Source of the DNA: Phycisphaerales bacterium
GTDB taxonomy: Bacteria > Planctomycetota > Phycisphaerae > Phycisphaerales > UBA1924
DNA length: 64,000 nt
Assembly (NCBI GenBank): GCA_965232505.1
Contig: OZ246976.1
Span: 1,694,757-1,758,756, forward strand
Reading direction: 5' to 3'
This document shows positions 49,117 to 58,518 of the stretch, piece after piece; position 1 is the stretch's first letter; every line of letters starts with the position of its first letter. The notes under the pieces were generated by a model, which saw nothing but the letters and a program-made list of their open reading frames with translations, searched no databases and was not told the origin of the DNA. Both the position numbers and the translations under genes were made by a program.

Positions 49117-50639
49117 GGGGTTGGTTTGAGTGATGAGACTGGTTTGCGGCCGTCGATGATGGCGCGGAGCTGTTGTGCGATCGGCTGTGGTGGTGGGGTG
49201 TTGATGAGATCGAGGGCGCTGAGTCCTTCGCTTGAGGTCGAGAAGACGCGGCTGTTGAAGAGCGCGGGTGAGGTGCCGGTGAAGCTTTGCGTGGAGATGA
49301 TGAACGCGGGATCGCTGGGGTGTTTCGTGAGATCGATCGTGTGCAGGGACTCGGCGTGCGTGAACGGATCGAACGGGGTCGGAGGTGACATGGTCCCGGC
49401 GATGAGTCTGGGTTTGCCGCTCGCGATCATCGCGATTGGATGGTGTCCCCATCCTCCGATGGAGAGATAGGGCTCGCCTTGATCCCATGAGCCGGACTTG
49501 TTGAGGTCTTGGTGGGTTGCTTCAAAGGTGTCCCAGAGGACGCTTGCTGAGTTGCCAAGGACTTGGATGAGCTCGATCGCGGGGAGTGATCCGGTGAAGA
49601 TGGTCGAGGGGGAGGTGGGCACGCCGCCGGAGATAATGATCCTGTTGTTGTCGAGAATGATCGGCGTCGCGTTGGTGCGGACTGTGGGGACAGACCATTG
49701 GAGGGCGCCTGTTGTTGCGTCGAGTTTGATGGTGTTGGCGCTGCGTTGTCCGCCTTGGAAGTTGTAGCTTGAGGCGTAGATGGAGCCGTCGTGGTAGGTC
49801 ACGCCTCCGAAGAATCCGAGTGGTTCAGGGTTGGGGGTGTTCCAGATTGGCGCAGGGGTTGTCGTGCTCTTTGCGTCGTATGCGAGGACGTGACCAGCGC
49901 CTCCTAATCCATTGTCGGCGGTTGTGACATAGACGACGCCGTCGTGGTATGCCGGTGTGTTCCCGGAGCAGTCTCCTGGGAGCGATGCGGTCCAGACGAC
50001 CTCGCCGGGTTCGTAGGGGTTGGTTGGCGTGGGGGGATCGAGGTTGATGCAGGTGAGTGAGCCGGTCGCGCCCGCGGCGAAGGTGTAGTCGGTGATGAAG
50101 ACGCGGTTGGTTCCGTCGAGATCATCGGTCACGCAAGGCGACGCGTTGACGATGGGCAGGCTTGTTGGTGTGCTCCAGAGTTCGTCGCCGGTGAATCGGT
50201 CGTAGGCGGCGATCGTGAATCCCGATGCGACGATGACGCTGTGGTTGTTGGGATCGATCGAAGGCGAGGACCACGAATCGAGGATCGCGAATGAGATTTC
50301 GCTCGACCATATGAGTTCTCCTGATTCCTGATCGAACGCGGCGAGGTGACGCGCGAAGCTCTGGTCCAGTCCGATCGCGTACACATGCACCTCGTCGGCG
50401 ACGACTCCCGCTTGCGGGACAAAGCTCAGCTCGATGGACTCGTCGCCGATGCTTGTCCAGCTTGGGGTGTCGAGCAGCTCGGCTTGCGTGAACGGGATCA
50501 TCGAGTGTGTGCTCGAACCACCAAGCTGCGACCACCACGGCTGCACGATCAGCACGGGTCCCTTGGGGAACGCGATCGGCTGCGCACTGGAAATCGTGCA
50601 GGTCAGCAGGGCACACAGGATGGGGGCGGCTTTGTTCAT
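49113..50639 (-). CDS. Secreted PQQ-like (BamB-like) beta-propeller repeat protein
   Basis: Signal peptide MNKAAPILCALLTCTISSAQP. Repeated blade patterns: AFDQESGELIWSS, AYDRFTGDELWST, GEVVWTA, LDATTGALQWSV. Confidence 0.8.
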   Translation of the reverse strand: MNKAAPILCALLTCTISSAQPIAFPKGPVLIVQPWWSQLGGSSTHSMIPFTQAELLDTPSWTSIGDESIELSFVPQAGVVADEVHVYAIGLDQSFARHLAAFDQESGELIWSSEISFAILDSWSSPSIDPNNHSVIVASGFTIAAYDRFTGDELWSTPTSLPIVNASPCVTDDLDGTNRVFITDYTFAAGATGSLTCINLDPPTPTNPYEPGEVVWTASLPGDCSGNTPAYHDGVVYVTTADNGLGGAGHVLAYDAKSTTTPAPIWNTPNPEPLGFFGGVTYHDGSIYASSYNFQGGQRSANTIKLDATTGALQWSVPTVRTNATPIILDNNRIIISGGVPTSPSTIFTGSLPAIELIQVLGNSASVLWDTFEATHQDLNKSGSWDQGEPYLSIGGWGHHPIAMIASGKPRLIAGTMSPPTPFDPFTHAESLHTIDLTKHPSDPAFIISTQSFTGTSPALFNSRVFSTSSEGLSALDLINTPPPQPIAQQLRAIIDGRKPVSSLKPTP

Positions 50640-50712
50640 GGTTTGAATCCGGCTCGCTGTGTTTCCACAACGAGTCGGGTCTCTCTCCACCAGAGGGGTG
50701 GAATGTGGTCCG

Positions 50713-51546
50713 TTAGCTTCTGCGGCGGCGCGATGCGACCAATCCAGAAACACAGAGCATCGCGATCGCTCCTGGAGCCGGGACAACGGCGACGGCGTCG
50801 ATCTCGAAGGCGCTTCCGGATTCGTTGAGGAAGCGGACGAAGCTCGCGGAGCTGAGTCCGGTCGAGGCGATGTCGATCCCGATGCCTCCACCTGAGCCGT
50901 TGTACGCGTCGCGGACCTGCTCGAAGGTCATGTTGGCAAAGTCCGCGGCGGTCAGTGTGGGGTCGAGCGCTTGGGTGAAGTCGGTCTCGACCGATCCAGC
51001 CGCGGCGGGGGATGGTGAGGTGTAGTCCGCGTATCCGAGTGTTGGGAAGAGATCGAGGGTGATCGTGGTCGCGGTGATCCAGTTGACGCCGTCTGCGGAG
51101 ACCTGGATGGTCGCGGCTCCTCCAGCGCCGAAGATGAAGGGATTGGCGCCAGTGAATCCCGTGCCGTCGTTGTTGGGGTCGGCGTCGGTCCATGTGGTGT
51201 CGGCGAATCCGGCGTTGGAGAAGACGATCAGGTCGACGCCGTATGCGTGGCTGGCGCTGTTGGTGATCGCGGTGTCGAATCCAAGCGCGAGGTGACCACC
51301 CGATCCGACGGACACGATCTCGTCAGTGCCAAACGCGGGATTGAACGGCGTAACGCCGGACGGGAAGATGCCTTCTCCTGTGAATCGCTCGGCGCTTCCC
51401 AGCGCGGTCGTTGCGGTGGTGTACCCCGCCGAGGCGTTGCTGCCTTGGTCGTAGGACAGGACGGATGACGCGAACGGCGATGCGTGAACAGCCATGCTGG
51501 TGGCGGTTGCGGTGAGCGCGAGCGCTCCGGTGGTGATGATGTTCAT
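50713..51546 (-). CDS. PEP-CTERM-anchored secreted protein of unknown function
   Basis: Signal peptide MNIITTGALALTATATSMAVHA. C-terminal VPAPGAIAMLCVSGLVASRRRRS. The start was chosen at the internal ATG (51544-51546). Confidence 0.8.
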   Translation of the reverse strand: MNIITTGALALTATATSMAVHASPFASSVLSYDQGSNASAGYTTATTALGSAERFTGEGIFPSGVTPFNPAFGTDEIVSVGSGGHLALGFDTAITNSASHAYGVDLIVFSNAGFADTTWTDADPNNDGTGFTGANPFIFGAGGAATIQVSADGVNWITATTITLDLFPTLGYADYTSPSPAAAGSVETDFTQALDPTLTAADFANMTFEQVRDAYNGSGGGIGIDIASTGLSSASFVRFLNESGSAFEIDAVAVVPAPGAIAMLCVSGLVASRRRRS

Positions 51547-51699
51547 AGAACTCGTAAACTCTCTGCCCAAAACTGCGTGGGCTCCTGTGTGTTGTCCTGT
51601 TTCGCGCAGGACACTCCCTGGGATCAACATCCGGAGCTGCGAGTGTGGAGTGGGGGCGGGAGCTGCGAGCAGGGAGAGCGCACAACCGATCCGCCGACC

Positions 51700-51885
51700 C
51701 ATATCGCGAGGTCCGGCACATCTGTTGAGGCAGGTCTTCCGGCTTGGGGCTCTGAGTCGCTCGTGCCTTCCCGGTAAATCTGTTACCAGTGGCTGCCGAT
51801 CTGATCGGCGGAGCGGTCATCGTTGCCCGTTACGGCGGCGCGTCCGCGGTGGAGTCTCACCACACTTCCCTATTCACCGAGCTTG
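51700..51885 (-). promoter_or_regulatory. Cobalamin (B12) riboswitch
   Basis: The minus-strand RNA reads AAUAGGGAAGUGUGGUGAGACUCCACCGCGGACGCGCCGCCGUAACGGG ... GCAGCCACUGGUAAC ... ACCGGGAAGGC ... AGCCGGAAGACCUGCC. The last block is the B12 box, complement of 51729-51744. The conserved blocks occur in the canonical order, about 180 nt upstream of the ATG at 51546. Confidence 0.8.
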
Positions 51886-51952
51886 ATACATCACGCTCGG
51901 CACCTTCAACGACAAGACTGTACCAGTTACACGCGACCAGAGCAATCGCGGA

Positions 51953-52219
51953 TCACGCGAGCTTGGCAAGAAGCTGCGCCAGCTGCTTGGGATCGCGGTT
52001 CTGGACAATATTTTTCCAGGATTCTGGTTTGAGATTGGTCTTGGAGAGCGCCTGCTCGGCTCGCTTCCAGAGACGATCGAGCTTTTTCTGGTCGTCCTGA
52101 GCGAGCGCGATGTCCGTCACGATCTCCCCCAATCGGGTCGCGAGGATGGTGTCCTGGTTGTCGTAGTAGCGATTGATGACCTTGCGTTGGTAGCTGGAAT
52201 ATTCTCGACCGCCGGCCAT
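51953..52219 (-). CDS. Small hypothetical protein (88 aa)
   Basis: Protein-like helical sequence MAGGREYSSYQRKVINRYYDNQD...; no recognised motif. Confidence 0.55.
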   Translation of the reverse strand: MAGGREYSSYQRKVINRYYDNQDTILATRLGEIVTDIALAQDDQKKLDRLWKRAEQALSKTNLKPESWKNIVQNRDPKQLAQLLAKLA

Positions 52220-52319
52220 GATAATGCTCGCTGGGATTGTGGGGGTGGGGAATCGCGGGAACCCTACCGAAGTCCGATAATCGGGCGGATGAGGAGTCGC
52301 GGGGTCTAAAAATGAAAAG

Positions 52320-52392
<73 letters not shown>

Positions 52393-52579
52393 ATTGGTCT
52401 ATTGACCGAGCAGATGATAGACCGCTCCTATCTGATTTGTCCAGCGTGGGGGGAGCGGATTGATTGACGATCGAGGGGGAGGGGGCTATTGTTCCCGTCC
52501 AAATGGGACTCCCTCGGATCTGTATCTGGGGGTGCAAGTGAAGATTTAAGACGGGTTTGAATCCCGATAGGAGAGCGAC

Positions 52580-52777
52580 ATGCTTCCAGCACAAAGACAG
52601 AGCCGAGGCCGAAGCAAGCGTCGCCGTTCGCACGATGCGATCACTGGTGCCAAGCCGACCATCTGCCCATTGTCGGGTATGCCAAAGCTGCATCACCGCG
52701 CGTGCACCGAGTCGGGCTATGTGCGTCCGGGTCTTCGCATCAAGGTTCGCAAGCTTGGCATCGGCGTCAACGCTTAA
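52580..52777 (+). CDS. rpmF: 50S ribosomal protein L32
   Basis: PAQRQSRGRSKRRRSHDA...CPLSGMPKLHHRAC pattern. Located directly upstream of plsX, as in many bacteria. Confidence 0.85.
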   Translation: MLPAQRQSRGRSKRRRSHDAITGAKPTICPLSGMPKLHHRACTESGYVRPGLRIKVRKLGIGVNA

Positions 52778-52798
52778 TCTGATTCATCGAGGTAAGCC

Positions 52799-53833
52799 GT
52801 GACGGTTCGAGTTGGGATCGATGTCATGGGTGGGGACCATGCACCGGATGCGGTGTTGCGTGGTTGTGCCGAGGCACTCCCCATCATGGGTCAAGATGTC
52901 ACGCTCGTGTTGATCGGTCCTGAGGACCAGATCCAGAGCTTCCTCAAAGAAAACAATATCAACGATCCACGGATTGTCATCGAACACACCACCGATGTCA
53001 TCGCGATGGATGCGTCCCCGATGGAAGCGGTCCGCAACCAGAAGGATTCGTCGATCGTTCGCATGTCCATGCTCGGATCCAAGAAAGCGGATATTCGCTG
53101 CGACGCTGTGATCTCTGCGGGCAACACCGGCGCGTGCGTCGCGGCGGGGCAGATGAACATGCGTCGTCTTCCCGGCGTGCATCGTCCAGGGATCGCGGTG
53201 ACGATCCCGTCGTTCCATGGACCGGTCACGCTGTGTGATGCGGGAGCGAATCCCGAACCACGCGCGACCCACCTCTGGCAATACGGCTTGATGGCTGAGG
53301 TCTACGCGAACAAGATCCATGGCGTCGAATCCCCACGAGTCGGCGTGATGAACATCGGATCGGAAGAATCCAAGGGATCGGGGCTCGCAAAGGGAGCCGC
53401 GGATCTGCTGCGGAACTCTCCTGGGATCAACTTTGTGGGGTTTGTTGAGGGGCGTGACTTCTTCGCTGGTAAAGCGGATGTCATTGTCACCGACGGATTC
53501 CTCGGAAACACGCTGCTCAAGATGGCTGAAGGGATGGCTAAGAGCTTGTTCCAAGCGATCGCGACGGAGATCTACGAGCAGGATCCTCAGTTGGCGCTCA
53601 AGTTTGAGCCGGTCGTTAAGACTATTTATGCGAAAAACGATTACCACGAGCACGGCGGGGCGCCATTGCTCGGTGTCAACGGCGTGATGATGATCGCGCA
53701 CGGTTCATCTGAACCACGCACGATCAAGAACGCGATCCTCAAGACTGTTGAGTACGTCAAGGGACACATCAACGACGCGATCGTCGAGCGTCTCGCTCAA
53801 GCGGAAAAAGCTCTTCAGGGCGAGCCCGCGTGA
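52799..53833 (+). CDS. plsX: Phosphate acyltransferase PlsX
   Basis: VGIDVMGGDHAP, GNTGA, DGFLGN motifs. GTG start with GAGG upstream. Confidence 0.93.
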   Translation: MTVRVGIDVMGGDHAPDAVLRGCAEALPIMGQDVTLVLIGPEDQIQSFLKENNINDPRIVIEHTTDVIAMDASPMEAVRNQKDSSIVRMSMLGSKKADIRCDAVISAGNTGACVAAGQMNMRRLPGVHRPGIAVTIPSFHGPVTLCDAGANPEPRATHLWQYGLMAEVYANKIHGVESPRVGVMNIGSEESKGSGLAKGAADLLRNSPGINFVGFVEGRDFFAGKADVIVTDGFLGNTLLKMAEGMAKSLFQAIATEIYEQDPQLALKFEPVVKTIYAKNDYHEHGGAPLLGVNGVMMIAHGSSEPRTIKNAILKTVEYVKGHINDAIVERLAQAEKALQGEPA

Positions 53834-53872
53834 AGTCTGTTCTGAGTCCTGTCTAAGTAAGGGAACCCCCGA

Positions 53873-54895
53873 ATGAACACACAAGCAGGCGGGCCCAATA
53901 GGGTCGGCGTTGAGATCATCGGATCGGCAACCTATCTCCCGGAAGGGAAACTCACCAACCAAGACCTCGAGAAGCTGATGACCACCTCCGACGAGTGGAT
54001 CATCAAGCGGACTGGTATCCACACGCGCCGTCGCGCCGACAAAGACAACGGCGAGAAAACCACAGACCTCGCGACCAAAGCGATGAGCAAAGCGCTCGAG
54101 AACGCGGGCGCGACCGCGCAGGATCTTGATCTGCTGCTCGTCGCAACGATGACCCCCGATTCGCCAACCCCATCGGTCGCGTGCGTGGTCGCGCGTGACA
54201 TCGGGTGCAACCAGATCGGCGCGATGGACATCAACGCGGCGTGCTCCGGATATGTCTACACCATGTCGATCGCCGATGCGCTCATCCGCTCGGGGATGTA
54301 CAAGACCATCGGGGTGATCGGTGCGGACACGGTGACGCGTCACCTGGATTATTCGGATTACGGACGCGGGGCCGCGATCTTGTTTGGTGACGGGGCCGCG
54401 GCGATGGTGCTCCGCGCGAGCGAGGATTCATCCAAAGGAATGATCGCGCATCGCATGCATGCTGATGGCGAGGGGGCGAAGCAGCTGTTCATCCCGTCGT
54501 GCAAGCACGACTTTGTGGAGCAGGAGCTGTTCGACGAGCGCAAGCTCGACAAGGTCCAGATGAACGGGCAAGCGGTCTTTAAGTTCGCGGTCAGCAAGTT
54601 CCAGGAGGTCATCGCGGACACTCTTGAAGACGCCGGGATCGATGCAGACGATGTGGATCATTACATCTGTCACCAAGCGAACTCGCGGATCTTGGATTCG
54701 GCGCGCGAGCGGTTCGGGATCCCTGCGGAGAAGCTGCTGGTGAATATCGATCGGCTCGGAAACACGGTGGGCGCGTCGGTGCCTTTGGTGTTTGATGAGC
54801 TGGTGCAGGCGGGTAAAATCAAGCCGGGTCAGAAGGTCATGTTCCTCGCGTTCGGCGCGGGATTGACCTGGGGCTCCTCGCTCTGGCAGCTCTGA
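53873..54895 (+). CDS. fabH: 3-oxoacyl-ACP synthase III
   Basis: DINAACSGYVY (active-site Cys), HQANSRI, GNTVGASVP, FGAGLTWG. Confidence 0.93.
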   Translation: MNTQAGGPNRVGVEIIGSATYLPEGKLTNQDLEKLMTTSDEWIIKRTGIHTRRRADKDNGEKTTDLATKAMSKALENAGATAQDLDLLLVATMTPDSPTPSVACVVARDIGCNQIGAMDINAACSGYVYTMSIADALIRSGMYKTIGVIGADTVTRHLDYSDYGRGAAILFGDGAAAMVLRASEDSSKGMIAHRMHADGEGAKQLFIPSCKHDFVEQELFDERKLDKVQMNGQAVFKFAVSKFQEVIADTLEDAGIDADDVDHYICHQANSRILDSARERFGIPAEKLLVNIDRLGNTVGASVPLVFDELVQAGKIKPGQKVMFLAFGAGLTWGSSLWQL

Positions 54896-54929
54896 GCGAC
54901 GATCTCAACTTTCTATAGGGGTAATAGCA

Positions 54930-55871
54930 ATGAACAACATCATTCTTTGTCCAGGTCAGGGTGCTCAGGTTGTTGGGATGGGCAAGCTCTGGAGCGAGAC
55001 CTCCGAAGCGGCTCACGCGATCTTCCAGCAAGCGGATGCCGTGCTCGGTGATTCGCTTGGCGCTCCGCTCTCGACGCTGTGCTTCGAGGGGCCCGCGGAT
55101 TCGCTCAATCGCACCGATGTTTCACAGCCGGCGATCTACACCGCGTCGATCGCGTGTCTCATGGGTTGGCTCGACGGCGAGAACCTGACTAAGAGCGAGC
55201 TCAACATCGCCGCGACCGCTGGACTCTCGCTCGGAGAGTACACGGCGCTGCACATCGCGGAAGCGTTCAGCTTCGAGGACGGGCTGAAGCTCGTCGCGCT
55301 GCGTGGGAAGGCGATGCAGGAAGCCGCGGAAGCGGCGGATTCCTCGATGGTCGCGCTGATCGGTGCAGACGAAGCACAAGCAAACGAGGTCTGCGACAAA
55401 GCTCGCGAGGGCGACATCCTCGTCGCGGCGAACTTTAACGCACCGGGACAGGTCGTCATCTCCGGATCATCCGCAGCATGCGATCGTGCGGAAACAGTCG
55501 CTAGCGAGATGAAACTCCGCGCGACTCGATTGAGTGTTGCTGGCGCGTTCCACTCGCCGTTCATGAAACCCGCCGCGGATCAGCTCGCTGAAGCGCTCGC
55601 GGCGACCACGATCAACACTCCGAGCTGTACGGTGATGTCCAATGTCACTTTCCAGCCGCACGACAGCGATGCGGACTCGATCCGTCAGCGATTGGTCGAT
55701 CAGTTGACCTCCCCTGTCCGCTGGGCGGCGTGCTGTGAGTACCTCGTCGAGCATCACAGCGAGGCGTCGTTCCACGAGCTGGCGCCAGGGAAGACACTCG
55801 GCGGCATGATGCGCCGGATCAGCAAAGGGACCAAGGTCCAAGCACACAACGAACCCGAAGCCGTCTCCTGA
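54930..55871 (+). CDS. fabD: Malonyl-CoA:ACP transacylase
   Basis: FPGQGAQ-like CPGQGAQVVGMG, GLSLGEYTAL (active-site Ser), AGAFHSPFM. Confidence 0.93.
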   Translation: MNNIILCPGQGAQVVGMGKLWSETSEAAHAIFQQADAVLGDSLGAPLSTLCFEGPADSLNRTDVSQPAIYTASIACLMGWLDGENLTKSELNIAATAGLSLGEYTALHIAEAFSFEDGLKLVALRGKAMQEAAEAADSSMVALIGADEAQANEVCDKAREGDILVAANFNAPGQVVISGSSAACDRAETVASEMKLRATRLSVAGAFHSPFMKPAADQLAEALAATTINTPSCTVMSNVTFQPHDSDADSIRQRLVDQLTSPVRWAACCEYLVEHHSEASFHELAPGKTLGGMMRRISKGTKVQAHNEPEAVS

Positions 55872-55903
55872 GTCGGCGTTTGCATACGAAACGAGAATCA
55901 ATC

Positions 55904-56644
55904 ATGACCGATCAACGAGTCGCTATTGTCACCGGAGCATCACGAGGGATTGGACGCGCGATCGCGACGCGTCTTGCCGCCGACGGCCGCCATGTGGTGT
56001 GCGTGTCGCGCTCGCAGGGACCGCTCGATGAACTCGCTCAAGAGATCCAAGCTGCCGGGGGCAGCGCGAGTGTCAAGACCTGCGACATGTCGGACTTTGA
56101 TGCGGTCGCGAAGATGATCGAAGAGGTCGCCGACGAGCAGGGACGATTGGACATCCTCGTCAACAACGCGGGGATCACCAAGGACAACCTGATCCTGCGG
56201 ATGAGCGACGAGGAATGGGACGATGTGATCGGGACGAATCTCAAGAGCGTGTTCGTCGCGTGCCGAGCCGCGGCTCGTCCGATGATGCGCGGGAAGTTCG
56301 GACGCATCTGCAACATCGCTTCGACCTCTGGTTTGGTCGGCAACTCCGGACAAGCGAACTACGCGGCTGCCAAGTCAGGACTGACGGGGTTCACCAAGAC
56401 CGTCGCGCGTGAGCTTGGGAAGAAGAACATCACCGCCAACTGCATCGCGCCGGGGTTCATCGAGACCGACATGACCAAGGACCTCCCCGCGGCGGTGACC
56501 GATCACATCAAGGGTGTGATCTCAACACGCGATCTGGGGAAACCCGACGATATCGCGGCTGCGGTTGCCTACGTGACGAGTGATGACGCGGGATACCTGA
56601 CGGGTCAGACCATCGCGGTCGATGGTGGCATGACAATGTGCTAA
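55904..56644 (+). CDS. fabG: 3-oxoacyl-ACP reductase
   Basis: VTGASRGIG, NNAGIT, YAAAKSG (YxxxK), GQTIAVDGGM. Sits in rpmF-plsX-fabHDG context. Confidence 0.9.
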   Translation: MTDQRVAIVTGASRGIGRAIATRLAADGRHVVCVSRSQGPLDELAQEIQAAGGSASVKTCDMSDFDAVAKMIEEVADEQGRLDILVNNAGITKDNLILRMSDEEWDDVIGTNLKSVFVACRAAARPMMRGKFGRICNIASTSGLVGNSGQANYAAAKSGLTGFTKTVARELGKKNITANCIAPGFIETDMTKDLPAAVTDHIKGVISTRDLGKPDDIAAAVAYVTSDDAGYLTGQTIAVDGGMTMC

Positions 56645-56654
56645 GCGGTTCGTA

Positions 56655-57146
56655 TTAGCCGTACACCAGATACCCAAAGTGCATCCGGCAGTGGTTGAGA
56701 TGCAGGTTGGTCCACTGCTCGTGCGTGAGCTTTCCGAAGAGCGGGCTCGGGATTTCCATTTTTTCGCCGTTGATGATGCGATCGGTTTGGGTGCGCATCA
56801 TCGCGAGTCCTTCCTCCACGCTGACCTCGTCGGCGGGGCGGAGTTCTTTCGCTTTCTCAGGGAGCTTGAATCCCGGCTTCATCTGCGAAGTTGGTTTAGT
56901 AGCGATCGGTTTGAGGATCAGCGAGATTGGGATTCGAACGAACCAAGGGGCGCTCATTTCGAAACCATCGAAGGAGTTTTTCATGAATGTGGCGCAGTGC
57001 GCGAGATTCTGTCCGACGCTCCATCCGCCGTTGGTGTCGAGCGTGCCGTCGTTGTGGGCGGCTTCGATCTTGTCCAGATCAGCGCGGAGTTCTTCGATGG
57101 AGTGGAACGATTTGGGTGACCATTTGGATTTATCAGCGACTTGCAT
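56655..57146 (-). CDS. DinB-superfamily protein (DUF1569-like)
   Basis: LAHCATFM ... LHLNHCRMHFGYL His pattern; size about 160 aa. Confidence 0.6.
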   Translation of the reverse strand: MQVADKSKWSPKSFHSIEELRADLDKIEAAHNDGTLDTNGGWSVGQNLAHCATFMKNSFDGFEMSAPWFVRIPISLILKPIATKPTSQMKPGFKLPEKAKELRPADEVSVEEGLAMMRTQTDRIINGEKMEIPSPLFGKLTHEQWTNLHLNHCRMHFGYLVYG

Positions 57147-57211
57147 GGTGTCCTTTCGACCCCCTCGTGATTCGCGACAACGGATGGTAGACCGCGCCGT
57201 ATACTCTGGGC

Positions 57212-57637
57212 ATGAAACCTCATTCCATTCTCGAAACGGTGCTCTACGCGGACGACATTGAACGAGCCGCGTGGTTCTATAGAGACGTGCTCGGACTCGA
57301 CCAGCCCGGCGGGGAGTCGGAGCTGATGACGCACTTCCGGATCGACGAGCACCACGTGCTGTTGGTGTTTAATCCGCAGATGTCGGATCGTCCGGGACGC
57401 GACGTCCCAAGTCACGGCCCGCGCGGTGCGGGACATATCGCGCTGCGGATCGAGGACAGCGATTACGACGCGTGGAAGGATCAGCTCAGCTCCTTCGGGA
57501 TCGGGGTCGAGCAGGAGATCACGTGGGGCGAGGACGACGGGTTCGATCACGGGCGTTCGATCTATTGCCGGGACCCGTACGGGAACTCGGTGGAGCTGAT
57601 CACGGCTGATATCTGGCGTGGACGGCAGAAATCCTGA
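57212..57637 (+). CDS. VOC (glyoxalase/bleomycin-resistance/dioxygenase) family protein
   Basis: Paired beta-alpha-beta-beta-beta module pattern: FYRDVLGL ... GAGHIALRI ... DPYGNSVELI. Confidence 0.78.
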   Translation: MKPHSILETVLYADDIERAAWFYRDVLGLDQPGGESELMTHFRIDEHHVLLVFNPQMSDRPGRDVPSHGPRGAGHIALRIEDSDYDAWKDQLSSFGIGVEQEITWGEDDGFDHGRSIYCRDPYGNSVELITADIWRGRQKS

Positions 57638-57675
57638 CTCTGAAACCGGAGCGGGCTGAGTCCCTACACTCTGGC

Positions 57676-58518
57676 ATGAAGACCTCCAACCCAATATTCA
57701 TCGCTTTCATCGCATCGGTGTCCTTGCTCGTGGTGTTCGTCGCGGGCTGTTCCAAGTCCGAGGAGCCTGCTGCTGAGAACGCATCAGCGAGTGAACCCAA
57801 GGCGGATACGAGCTACCTTGATCAGCTCGCTGCGGAGCAGGGGATTGATCTTGAGGAGGATGAACCTCAGGTGACCTCGCAACCAGCGAGCAGCGAGGAT
57901 GAGCCGGAGTCTGATGACGAGGACGATGGCGAAGAGGAACGCGAGTGGGTGAAGGACGATGGATCCCAGTCGCTGTTCGGACGATCACGCGATAAAGCGA
58001 AGGACATCCAGAACCGGATCCGAGGCGGGACCAGCGCCGAGGACGGGCTTGCCAACACCTTGCTTGATGAAGAGTACGCGTCGAGCTCGGGGCTCCGCTG
58101 GGAGATGCCTGAGGATTGGCGGATGGCGATGCCCTCACGCGGGAACTTCGCGGAGATGTACATCATGCACGCGCTGGGGAACGCGTCGGTTTCGTTTACC
58201 AAAGAGGAAGCGAACACCCGCGCCCTGATCCGCGCGATGCAGGACCAGATCATCGATCCGATGGGTGGACGCAGTCGAGCGAAAACCTCGGAGAAGACGA
58301 TCCTGGATACACAAGTGACGATGGTCGATCTTGAGGGCACGTATCTCGATCCGGGCGCGAAGGGTGGCACCAACGAGCAGATATTTTACGCGATCCATGC
58401 TGCGATCTTTGATCTGGGTGATTCGCGGATCGTGATCAAGATGTGGGGTCCACAAGACACGGTGAATCAGAGCATGATCCTGTTCGACAAGATGATCAAC
58501 GAGACCACAGCCGAGTGA
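57676..58518 (+). CDS. Hypothetical lipoprotein with acidic linker
   Basis: Lipobox VFVAGC. A D/E-rich segment is followed by a globular region with no recognised motif. Confidence 0.65.
   Translation: MKTSNPIFIAFIASVSLLVVFVAGCSKSEEPAAENASASEPKADTSYLDQLAAEQGIDLEEDEPQVTSQPASSEDEPESDDEDDGEEEREWVKDDGSQSLFGRSRDKAKDIQNRIRGGTSAEDGLANTLLDEEYASSSGLRWEMPEDWRMAMPSRGNFAEMYIMHALGNASVSFTKEEANTRALIRAMQDQIIDPMGGRSRAKTSEKTILDTQVTMVDLEGTYLDPGAKGGTNEQIFYAIHAAIFDLGDSRIVIKMWGPQDTVNQSMILFDKMINETTAE

Noticed and set aside
56645-56654. Expected acpP-fabF after fabG
   Set aside because: They are not present. fabG is followed immediately by a convergent DinB/DUF1569-like gene, so these genes must lie elsewhere. This is unremarkable on its own.
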